This document shows, one piece after another, positions 45,331 to 52,274 of a DNA stretch of 64,000 bases (position 1 is its first letter; every line of letters starts with the position of its first letter). The DNA is from an uncultured Solirubrobacterales bacterium (GTDB lineage: Bacteria > Actinomycetota > Thermoleophilia > Solirubrobacterales > 70-9), in NCBI GenBank assembly GCA_963697805.1, contig CAVOPB010000003.1:295166-359165 (forward strand), read 5' to 3'. A program made the translations under genes and the position numbers. The notes beneath the pieces were generated by a model. It did not search any database and was not told where the DNA came from. It worked only from the letters and a program-made list of their open reading frames with translations.

Positions 45331-45932
45331 TGGCCTCGAAAGCTCCCCCGATCGACAAGCGGCGCCAGATCCTCGACGCCGCGATCAAGGTCTTCGCCCG
45401 CCAGGGCTTCCACTCGACCCGGGTCTCCGACATCGCCGATGAGGCCGGTGTCGCCTACGGCCTGGTCTATCACTACTTCAGCTCCAAGGAGGAGGTGCTG
45501 AACGAGCTCTTCACCGAGCGCTGGTCGCTGCTGCTTGCCGCGATCGACGAGGCTGACAACGCCGGCCAGACGCCGCGCGAAAAGCTCGAGAACGTCGCCG
45601 GCTTCATCATCGAGTCCTACCGGCACGACCCGGAACTGATGAAGGTGATCATCGTCGAGGTCACCCGGGCCGCCAACTCCTTCGGCCAGACCCACCTGCG
45701 CGAGATCCGCCGCGCCTACGACTCGATCGCCAGGATCGTCGAAGAGGGCCAGGAATCGGGCGCGTTTCGCTCCGACATCGACCCCGCATTCGCCTCGATG
45801 ACCTTCTACGGGGCAATCGAGCAGCTTCTCTCGGGCTGGATCTTCGACCTGATCCCGGCCTCCGCCTCGGACTTCCCGAAGGCAAAGGATTTTGTCGTCG
45901 CGACGATCTGCGACGGCCTCGAGCCTCGATAG
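45330..45932 (+). CDS. TetR-family transcriptional regulator (FadR-like)
   Basis: MASKAPPIDKRRQILDAAIKVFARQGFHSTRVSDIADEAGVAYGLVYHYFSSKEEVL. The ATG overlaps the upstream TGA by 1 nt. Confidence 0.85.
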   Translation: MASKAPPIDKRRQILDAAIKVFARQGFHSTRVSDIADEAGVAYGLVYHYFSSKEEVLNELFTERWSLLLAAIDEADNAGQTPREKLENVAGFIIESYRHDPELMKVIIVEVTRAANSFGQTHLREIRRAYDSIARIVEEGQESGAFRSDIDPAFASMTFYGAIEQLLSGWIFDLIPASASDFPKAKDFVVATICDGLEPR

Positions 45933-45954
45933 GTAAGGTCGAGCACAGGCGGGT

Positions 45955-46089
45955 ATGGACAACGACATCGTGAAACGCCTCGTTTGGAGCGGAGTGCTGG
46001 CGGGGGCCAGCGCGCTCGCCAGCATCGCCGCGACGCGGCTGGCGGCCGTCGTCTGGCGCCGGATCTTCGACGAGGACCCCCCCGAGTAA
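45955..46089 (+). CDS. Small membrane protein, DUF4235-like (44 aa)
   Basis: Not in the ORF track because it is under 60 aa. My own translation: MDNDIVKRLVWSGVLAGASALASIAATRLAAVVWRRIFDEDPPE. Third positions are G/C-rich, and it sits directly upstream of the holin-X-like gene. Confidence 0.45.
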   Translation: MDNDIVKRLVWSGVLAGASALASIAATRLAAVVWRRIFDEDPPE

Positions 46090-46097
46090 GGCGATCG

Positions 46098-46526
46098 ATG
46101 TCCGGCCCGGGCGTCACACCTCCAACACCACCCGACGAGGACAGGTCGGTCGGGGAGCTGATCTTCGACGTCTCGGGAAGGGTCTCGACCCTGATCCGCG
46201 AGGAGGTCGAGCTCGCCAAGACCGAGATCAGCGAGAAAGTCGGCAAGATCCTGCGCGGATCGGCCGTCGGGGTCGCCGCCGGGGTGTTCGCCTTCCTCGC
46301 TCTGATCCTCGTCATGGAGGGCTTCGCCTGGCTGCTGAACGAAGAGGTCTTCGACGGCAAGGCCTGGCCCGGGTTCTTCATCGAGGCAGCGATCTTCCTC
46401 CTCGTCGCCGCCGGTGCCGGCTACTTCGCCTATCGCTCGGTCCAGGCCGGCGCGCCGCCGCTCCCCGAGCAGGCGATCGAAGAGGCGAAGCTGACCCGGG
46501 AGATGCTCGAAAAGGAGGAGCCATGA
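46098..46526 (+). CDS. Actinobacterial holin-X (Phage_holin_3_6)-like membrane protein
   Basis: MSGPGVTPPTPPDEDRSVGELIFDVSGRVSTLIREEVELAKTEISEKV..., followed by two TM spans. Confidence 0.65.
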   Translation: MSGPGVTPPTPPDEDRSVGELIFDVSGRVSTLIREEVELAKTEISEKVGKILRGSAVGVAAGVFAFLALILVMEGFAWLLNEEVFDGKAWPGFFIEAAIFLLVAAGAGYFAYRSVQAGAPPLPEQAIEEAKLTREMLEKEEP

Positions 46527-46594
46527 GCGCGGAGCGAGCAAGCGTCGCAATCTGGTTCTCCGCGCCGCGAGCGAAGCGCGAGGTATTCCAATGA
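46523..46594 (+). repeat. Intercistronic cassette copy E3 (mini-ORF MSAERASVAIWFSAPRAKREVFQ)
   Basis: ATGAGCGCGGAGCGAGCAAGCGTCGCAATCTGGTTCTCCGCGCCGCGAGCGAAGCGCGAGGTATTCCAATGA. The ATG overlaps the holin-like TGA and the TGA overlaps the DUF3618 ATG (46591). AAAGGAGGAG lies upstream. Confidence 0.7.
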
Positions 46595-46845
46595 ACGCTC
46601 AGCCCGAGCCCGAACGCCCGGCGACCGCCGGCAGGCCCGGCCGTACCGCGGACGAGATCCGCCACGACATCGACGTCCAACGCCAGGACCTGGGCCGCTC
46701 GGTCGAGGTGCTTCGCAACAAGGTCGCCGAGCTGACCGACTGGCGCCGCCAGGTCAGCGAGCACAAAAACGAGCTCGTGATCGGCGCCGCCGCCGTCGGC
46801 TTCGCAATCGGCGGCTTCCTCGCGCTCCGTCGCCGCCGCAGGTAG
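46591..46845 (+). CDS. DUF3618-like protein
   Basis: 84 aa. RTADEIRHDIDVQRQDLGRSVEVLRNKV..., with a C-terminal TM segment ELVIGAAAVGFAIGGFLAL. Confidence 0.65.
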   Translation: MNAQPEPERPATAGRPGRTADEIRHDIDVQRQDLGRSVEVLRNKVAELTDWRRQVSEHKNELVIGAAAVGFAIGGFLALRRRRR

Positions 46846-46925
46846 CTAGCCACCCCCGGACGCGGGAGCGAGGGCCAGTCCATATCCGTTCTCCTGGCCC
46901 GAGCCGGGAGCAGAGGAGGTGGCGC

Positions 46926-47801
46926 TTATTCCAGGACCTGAGTGGTGACAGACCCGACCCCGAGCAGGCCGGGGCCGGCGTGGGCGCCGATCACCGGTCC
47001 GACCTCGGAGATGAAGGCCGGCTCGCAGCCGAAGATTTCGCGGCACTCGTCGGCGAGGATGTTCGCCGCCTCGGAATCCTGGATGTACTGGACGACCCAG
47101 GCGTCGGCGCCCGACTCGTGGCGCTCGCGCGCGTATTCCCGCAGGCGCTCGAGCGACCTGGCGCGGGTCCTGACCCGCTCGATCGGGGTGATCTCGTCCT
47201 CGAGCGTGAGGATCGGCTTGATCTTCAGCGCCGACCCGATCCAGGCGGCGGCGCCGCCGATCCGCCCGCCCCGGCGCAGGTACTCGAGGGTGTCGATCGC
47301 GAACCACATCTTCAGCTCCTCGCGGGCCTGGCGCGCGCGGGCGACCGCCTCCTCGCCGCCCGCTCCGCCCGCCGCCGCGGCCGAGGCCGCCAGCGCGCAC
47401 AGGCCCATCCCTCCGCAGGCCGACCGCGAGTCATAGAGGTGGATGCGCTCGCCGCCCTTGCCCTCGGCGATCATTCGGTCGCGGGCCTGGCCCGCGGCCT
47501 CGAAGGTCCCCGAAATCCCCGCGGAGATGTGGATCGAGGCGATTTCCCGGCCCGCATCGAGCAGCGGCTCATAGATTGCGACGAAGTCCCCGATCGAAGG
47601 CTGCGAGGTCGTCGCCGCCTTCTGCGAGGCCCGCAGCTGCTCGAAGAACGCGCCGTAGTTGCCGATCTCGACCTCCGGCCGCTGGTCGCCGTCGATCGAG
47701 ACGTAGAGGCTGATCAGCTCGATCCCCCGTGCCTCCCGCAGGTCGGTCGGCAGGTAGCAGGTACTGTCGGCGACGACAGCGGTCTCTCGTCCCTCACTCA
47801 A
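46926..47801 (-). CDS. DegV-family fatty-acid-binding protein
   Basis: AVVADSTCYLPTDL...TSQPSIGDF.. I chose the TTG at 47801 because the track start (47852) lies inside the transposon terminal repeat (47822-47839). Confidence 0.75.
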   Translation of the reverse strand: MSEGRETAVVADSTCYLPTDLREARGIELISLYVSIDGDQRPEVEIGNYGAFFEQLRASQKAATTSQPSIGDFVAIYEPLLDAGREIASIHISAGISGTFEAAGQARDRMIAEGKGGERIHLYDSRSACGGMGLCALAASAAAAGGAGGEEAVARARQAREELKMWFAIDTLEYLRRGGRIGGAAAWIGSALKIKPILTLEDEITPIERVRTRARSLERLREYARERHESGADAWVVQYIQDSEAANILADECREIFGCEPAFISEVGPVIGAHAGPGLLGVGSVTTQVLE

Positions 47802-47872
47802 GACTTTCGATTCTCTCAGACGGTGGTGGGTCAGTTTGAAATTGACGCGCATGGCGTCAATAGGATCTCGCC

Positions 47873-48592
47873 ATGCCTTCCCGCAGGGGAGTCGTGGAGA
47901 GCATCGTTGGCGGCCTCATTGTGCTGCTTGTTCTCTGGGCGTTCTCGCGCATTGACGCATCAATTCCCCTGTGGATGCTTATTGGCCCCCTGATCCTGGC
48001 GCTATTCGTCGGATATAGGGCCGGGACGATCAAGCGCCATGCAGAGTTGCTTTCGAGGTTTAGCGCCCAGCACGTAACCGACATCATCTTGACGCTTCGG
48101 AAAATCCTCGACGGACAGCTAACCGGCGTCTCGTTCGAGGAGTTTGTCGAGCGAGGGATTCTGGAGCCGGCTCGGCTTGGCCTAGCGACTGTCCCGGGCG
48201 AGGAGGTCCGGCTATCCGTTTTGGAGCTGGACCCCGCAAGCGACGAATTCAAAATGTCCTATGCGGCCGGGCATTCGGTGGGCCGGACACAAGAATTTCA
48301 GTTGTCACGAGGCTCGATGGCGGGCCTAGCCATGCAAACCGGTGAATTGCAATGGACGAACGATGTCAATTCGGACCCTAGATGGCAGGCGCACCCAGAA
48401 GCCGATCCCAGGCGTAGCTACAAATCCCTAGTCGCCATGCCCGTTGAGTCTGGCGGTGCCGTTGTCGCGGTCCTAAACGTGGTTTCATCGAGCGTCTTCT
48501 TGCAGAGTGATCTCGTCTACATCGAGCTATTAGGAACGGTGATTGGTCTGGCTTGGGTGCTAGATGGAGGCTCCGCCGGGGCAGGGACATAG
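47873..48592 (+). CDS. Membrane-anchored GAF-domain protein (transposon passenger)
   Basis: 239 aa. Two N-terminal TM spans (IVGGLIVLLVLWAF, LWMLIGPLILALFVGY). GAF-like C-terminal half: GSMAGLAMQTGELQWTNDVNSDPRW...YKSLVAMPVESGGAVVAVLNV. Confidence 0.6.
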   Translation: MPSRRGVVESIVGGLIVLLVLWAFSRIDASIPLWMLIGPLILALFVGYRAGTIKRHAELLSRFSAQHVTDIILTLRKILDGQLTGVSFEEFVERGILEPARLGLATVPGEEVRLSVLELDPASDEFKMSYAAGHSVGRTQEFQLSRGSMAGLAMQTGELQWTNDVNSDPRWQAHPEADPRRSYKSLVAMPVESGGAVVAVLNVVSSSVFLQSDLVYIELLGTVIGLAWVLDGGSAGAGT

Positions 48593-48643
48593 AATTGGCG
48601 GGTCGCAGGAATGGGCGCACCCGCCTCAAAGAAAGGGGATTGA

Positions 48644-48814
48644 ATGGCTTACGGATCTATTCCAACGGGACCATCTGAGTCGTATCTGCGCCTCTTGAAG
48701 GGCGAAATAACGCCAGAGGATTACGCTAAGCAGGCCAAGAAGCGCGGCGAGCAGGAGTCTCAGCAGGAGCCCCCAGAGGCGAGTACCGGCGCGCAGCCTC
48801 AGCGTGCCAGGTAG
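48644..48814 (+). CDS. Possible small protein (56 aa), hypothetical (transposon passenger)
   Basis: My own translation: MAYGSIPTGPSESYLRLLKGEITPEDYAKQAKKRGEQESQQEPPEASTGAQPQRAR. It is preceded by AAAGGGGA 5 nt upstream. It is not in the ORF track because it is under 60 aa. Confidence 0.35.
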   Translation: MAYGSIPTGPSESYLRLLKGEITPEDYAKQAKKRGEQESQQEPPEASTGAQPQRAR

Positions 48815-49654
48815 CTAGTCCAACAGGGCTGCAATCTCTTTCAGCGTCCAAACGTGGTCCGCGATCCCAGCCGCCATCGCGGGCGTCCGGGGATACGGGT
48901 CCTTGAGCGATGCGTGGGGCCGAGCGAAGTTGTAGTGCAGGAAGTGCAGCGATACCGCGTGGCTTAGGTTCTCGACCTTGCGGCTGAATCCGTTGGTCAG
49001 CCGCGTGAAGCGCCGCATCCCCATCCGCATCGTGAGGTTCTGCCGCTCCACGTAGCTGGTCGAGATCCGGTCGGGGTCCGGATCGCCCTTGAGGACGCGG
49101 GTTTTGATTCCCTCGCAGGTCGCCGGGCTGTATTTGCGCTGTTCCGAGTGACCCGGGGAGCTGTAGATCTTCACGATCTGCGCCCAGTCAATTTCCCCGC
49201 CGAACGCCTGCCCGACAGTCGCTTCGTACATCTTGTGGCCGTCTGTGCTGAGTTGGATGCGGCCCGACACCCGGTCGGCCAAATCGCGTAGAAAGACTTC
49301 TGCGTCGTCTGAGGTCCGCTCCCCGACCAGCCAGGACGGGACCAGCTTCGTGTCAGCGCAGATCGAAGTGAAGGTCCAGATGTCGCCGTAGCCCGGCGTC
49401 CCTTTGAACTGCTCGGGCACGTTCTTCTGCTTGGCGTAGCAGAAGGCCCAAATCTCATCGCACTCGACAACCTCGCAGGAAAGGTCGCGGAGAACCCGGT
49501 CCTGATGGTCGGCGGCGGCCCGACCGATATCGACCAGCAGCTTCGTGACGGTGTTCTTGGCAGCGCCGGTCATCCGGCATGTAGCGCGGATGGAGTTGCC
49601 CTCCACCAGGGAGCCGATGATGGCTGCCCGCTTCTCTGTGGAGAGTCTGTTCAT
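48815..49654 (-). CDS. DDE transposase, IS1-family-like (single ORF)
   Basis: MNRLSTEKRAAIIGSLVEGNSIRATCRMTGAAKNTVTKLL is an HTH. Also VECDEIWAFCYAKQKN, LSTDGHKMY, TSYVERQNLTMRMGMRRFTRLTNGFSRKVENL, HFLHYNFARPH. The TIRs begin GGTG like IS1 ends, and the 8-bp duplication fits the 8-9 bp typical of IS1. Confidence 0.75.
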   Translation of the reverse strand: MNRLSTEKRAAIIGSLVEGNSIRATCRMTGAAKNTVTKLLVDIGRAAADHQDRVLRDLSCEVVECDEIWAFCYAKQKNVPEQFKGTPGYGDIWTFTSICADTKLVPSWLVGERTSDDAEVFLRDLADRVSGRIQLSTDGHKMYEATVGQAFGGEIDWAQIVKIYSSPGHSEQRKYSPATCEGIKTRVLKGDPDPDRISTSYVERQNLTMRMGMRRFTRLTNGFSRKVENLSHAVSLHFLHYNFARPHASLKDPYPRTPAMAAGIADHVWTLKEIAALLD

Positions 49655-49785
49655 ACTGACCATTATGCCTGAGCGCTTACGCATTGTCAAGTCAAGAATG
49701 TCCACGACTTTTCAACCGACCTATTTCGGATCGCAACAGCCCCCCGCGCTGCTACGCTGAGTGGAGTCCTAGTTAGGGCCGAGAT

Positions 49786-49839
49786 CCCCGTCGTCCGCTA
49801 GCTTCATCACAAGGTTCACGGACGGCGGGGGTTTGTTTT
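49786..49839 (+). terminator. Hairpin plus T-run (CCCCGTCGTCCG..loop..CGGACGGCGGGGG TTTGTTTT)
   Basis: Read directly from the sequence. It is one of the very few T-run terminator-like structures in the window. It lies inside the transposon, between the transposase gene and the 157-aa ORF. Confidence 0.4.
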
Positions 49840-49915
49840 ATGTCGACCGCCGCGCTCGGCTAGGCCACTAAAGGGCGGGCGACACGGTTCCTCCTCATTG
49901 AAATCGGACCCTGGG

Positions 49916-50389
49916 CTACCCCTCGCCCCCGTAGAGGGCGTAGTTCTCGCCCTTCGTAGTTGGCTTCCACAGCCCGCGAGCCGCGTTCTGCACAAGGCCG
50001 GCGGTTCGGGCGTTCGAAAATGTGGCCTTCCAGCTCCCCGGTTTACGAACGCCAATGGCCTTGTAGAGCCGCTCGACGGTGGGGAAGTCAAGACCCTCCA
50101 TCCCCGAGTCGACAGCAGCTTGCGCCATCACCGTGACTCGATGGATGTGGTTTTTGGCGTCAACTTTTTCAAGATGCTTGGCGAGCGCCGTGGGGTTCAA
50201 CGCATCGCCACTACCCCCGTCCCCTCCATCGCCGGGAGGTTTCAACGCGGGCGTGACGGGCGGTGCATCAAGGCCCGTACCGACGACTTCCCCCAGCTTG
50301 AGAAGGTCGGCCGTGTGGTCGAGGTCAGCTCGCTCGCCCTCAAAGAGCAGGCGCAGCCCGGACGGGAGGGTTATCTCTAGCTTCATCAC
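49916..50389 (-). CDS. Hypothetical protein (157 aa; transposon passenger)
   Basis: MMKLEITLPSGLRLLFEGERADL..., a Gly/Pro/Asp linker, then ..FPTVERLYKAIGVRKPGSWKATFSNARTAGLV... I recognise no family. Confidence 0.5.
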   Translation of the reverse strand: MMKLEITLPSGLRLLFEGERADLDHTADLLKLGEVVGTGLDAPPVTPALKPPGDGGDGGSGDALNPTALAKHLEKVDAKNHIHRVTVMAQAAVDSGMEGLDFPTVERLYKAIGVRKPGSWKATFSNARTAGLVQNAARGLWKPTTKGENYALYGGEG

Positions 50390-50464
50390 GCCGCACAGCG
50401 TAGCACCCGTACTCCCTGAAAAACTCCCAGGGCATTCGCTAGGGCGTGAAAGGCTTGACGGGCG

Positions 50465-50701
50465 TCAGGAGTTGTCGGTTCCCCAGCGGGCCTGGGCTGC
50501 TCTCTTAGCTGCTTCGCTGCGCTCTTTCGCGCTCATCTTGGAAGCCCGCGCCTTCCCGCCCTTCAACCCGCCCTTGCGCCCCAGCGCGACCGCTGCCGGA
50601 TCTTTGCCGTCATCGGTGGCCGACGAATCATCGGTGGCCTCGTTGACGATGCTGGCCGCGAGTCTGTTCAAGTCCGCTGGCTTGCTTGAGCGCTTCGGCA
50701 T
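50465..50701 (-). CDS. Small basic protein (78 aa; transposon passenger)
   Basis: ..ALGRKGGLKGGKARASKMSAKERSEAAKRAAQARWG. This KGG..ARA..RSE.A.KAA.ARW tail is common in small proteins associated with mobile elements. Confidence 0.5.
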   Translation of the reverse strand: MPKRSSKPADLNRLAASIVNEATDDSSATDDGKDPAAVALGRKGGLKGGKARASKMSAKERSEAAKRAAQARWGTDNS

Positions 50702-50783
50702 GGGAACAGCGTAGCGCCGACCCAGGAGGACCCGAAATCAAACTGACCCACCACCTCTCAGACGGGCAGCTACACTTATTGAA

Positions 50784-51158
50784 GTGACCGAGACACCGAC
50801 AGCGGCGATCACCCTCAGCGACAAGGCGGTCGAGAAGATCGGCGAGCTGCTGGGGACGCAGGACGAGGCCGATGGCCAGGCGCTCCGCGTCGCCGTCCGC
50901 GGCGGTGGATGCTCCGGCTTTCAATACGCGCTCGCCTTCGATCGCGTCAAGGACGACGACAACGTCTTCGAGGTCGACGGCGTCTCGGTCGTCGTCGACA
51001 AGGTCAGCATGCAGTTCGTCTTCGGCTCCGAGGTCGACTACGTCGAAGGCCTCCAGGGCGCCGGGTTCCAGGTCAACAACCCGAACGTCGTCGCGGCCTG
51101 CGGGTGCGGCTCCTCCTTCCAGGTGAAAGAGGACGCAGCCGAGCAGGCCGCCGTCTAG
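50784..51158 (+). CDS. Fe-S cluster insertion/assembly protein (HesB/IscA/ErpA family)
   Basis: 124 aa. Motifs: LRVAVRGGGCSGFQYAL, NPNVVAACGCGSSF. Confidence 0.85.
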   Translation: MTETPTAAITLSDKAVEKIGELLGTQDEADGQALRVAVRGGGCSGFQYALAFDRVKDDDNVFEVDGVSVVVDKVSMQFVFGSEVDYVEGLQGAGFQVNNPNVVAACGCGSSFQVKEDAAEQAAV

Positions 51159-51174
51159 GCCGCGTCACACCGAG

Positions 51175-51816
51175 TCAGGCGCCCGGCCTGAAGGAGATGC
51201 CTTCCAGCGAGAGGCCGCCACTGCCAATGCCTTTGCCCAAGACGGCGCCGGCGTGGAAGCTTCCTAGGTCAGCACCGGAGACGATGACGATGGTTTCGTC
51301 AAGCGGCTCATACTGCCGCAGTTGTCCGGGCCCAGGTCGGTAACCGGGTGGCAAGGTGAAGATCGCACCAGCGGCCCCGGGTTCGACATATCCTTCGAGA
51401 TGGACGATCCCCTCCTGGTCCTTGTAGAAGCCGCCGGGAGGGAAAGTGACCCCGGGAATTGGGCTGGCGAAGTTCGCGCCTCCGCCTTCGAAGGGCGGCT
51501 CGCCGGGAGCGCCGATGAGATGCGTTGGTTCGGCAGGTGGGATCGAGTTGGCGATCTGCGCCGAGGGCACCGTTCCAAGCTTGCTCAGATTGATGTCGGA
51601 GCCGGTCAGCGTCTGTTTCTTCACCTTGGCCCCGGTCACCGCATCCTTCTTGATCTTGGCCGTGGTCACCGAGTTGTTCTTGAGCTGCTTGGCGCCGACC
51701 GAGTTCTTGCCGAGCTGGCTAGCCGCGAAGGCAGAGGCCCCTCCCACGGCGACGAACAGGGCCAGGGTTGCGACCACATTGGCGTAGGTCAGCCTGCCTT
51801 GCAGAGACCTCATCAC
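51175..51816 (-). CDS. Secreted/anchored hypothetical protein with short N-terminal repeats
   Basis: Signal/anchor VVATLALFVAVGGASAFA. Four units of about 10 aa follow (KNSVGAKQL / KNNSVTTAKI / KKDAVTGAKV / KKQTLTGSDI), then a Gly/Pro-rich domain of about 130 aa. Confidence 0.55.
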   Translation of the reverse strand: MMRSLQGRLTYANVVATLALFVAVGGASAFAASQLGKNSVGAKQLKNNSVTTAKIKKDAVTGAKVKKQTLTGSDINLSKLGTVPSAQIANSIPPAEPTHLIGAPGEPPFEGGGANFASPIPGVTFPPGGFYKDQEGIVHLEGYVEPGAAGAIFTLPPGYRPGPGQLRQYEPLDETIVIVSGADLGSFHAGAVLGKGIGSGGLSLEGISFRPGA

Positions 51817-51883
51817 GGGTTCCTCCTCAGTGGGGTGAAGGACGAGAAGACGCGACTCTCGCAGGTCGCCCAGCGGAAGCCGG

Positions 51884-52264
51884 CTATTCGATCTGCAGCG
51901 GCGGCGACTGCGCCGGCGGTGCTGCCTGCGGCGTGCCGGCAGGCTGCTCGATCCCGAGCGCCTCGGCGAGCTCGCCCGACTCGTACATCTCCTCGACGAG
52001 GTCGGCGCCGCCGATCAGCTCGCCGTTGACGTAGAGCTGGGGGAAGGTTTGCCAGTCGGAGATCTCGGCGGTGACCTCGCGCAGCGGCTGTAACGCCGGC
52101 AGCACGTCGATCGCCCCGTACTCGACGTCCATCGTGTCGAGGACCTGGACGACGCGCATCGAGAACCCGCAGCGCGGCGCTTCCGGGGTGCCTTTCATGA
52201 ACAGCAGCACCGGGTTGCCGGCGATCAGCTCTTCGACTTTGCTCTTCAGCGCTGGATCGGCCAT
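51884..52264 (-). CDS. Monothiol glutaredoxin (Grx4 family)
   Basis: 126 aa. The CGFS active site occurs in MKGTPEAPRCGFSMRV. Also WQTFPQLYVNGELIGGADL. Confidence 0.9.
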   Translation of the reverse strand: MADPALKSKVEELIAGNPVLLFMKGTPEAPRCGFSMRVVQVLDTMDVEYGAIDVLPALQPLREVTAEISDWQTFPQLYVNGELIGGADLVEEMYESGELAEALGIEQPAGTPQAAPPAQSPPLQIE

Positions 52265-52274
52265 CGCGATAAGA

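Larger units (their letters stand above)
47822..50755. mobile_element. 2,934-bp transposon: IS1-family-like transposase plus passenger genes, with 18-bp perfect TIRs and an 8-bp target-site duplication
   Basis: Left TIR GGTGGTGGGTCAGTTTGA at 47822-47839. Its exact reverse complement TCAAACTGACCCACCACC is at 50738-50755. The direct repeat TCTCAGAC abuts both ends (47814-47821 and 50756-50763). Internal G+C is clearly lower: 33/60 at 48001-48060, against 48/60 at 47221-47280. Confidence 0.85.

Noticed and set aside
47802-47852. DegV start at 47852 (MRVNFKLTHHRLRESKV...) as given by the ORF track.
   Set aside because: Codons upstream of 47821 lie inside the transposon terminal repeat and target duplication, so they cannot be ancestral DegV sequence. 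The TTG at 47801 gives a normal 291-aa DegV.
49706-49915. A possible tRNA or attachment-site remnant next to the transposase, which would make it an integrative island rather than a transposon.
   Set aside because: I could not fold a cloverleaf or find a CCA/T-loop-like GTTCGAATC motif. The element is fully explained by the TIRs plus the 8-bp duplication.
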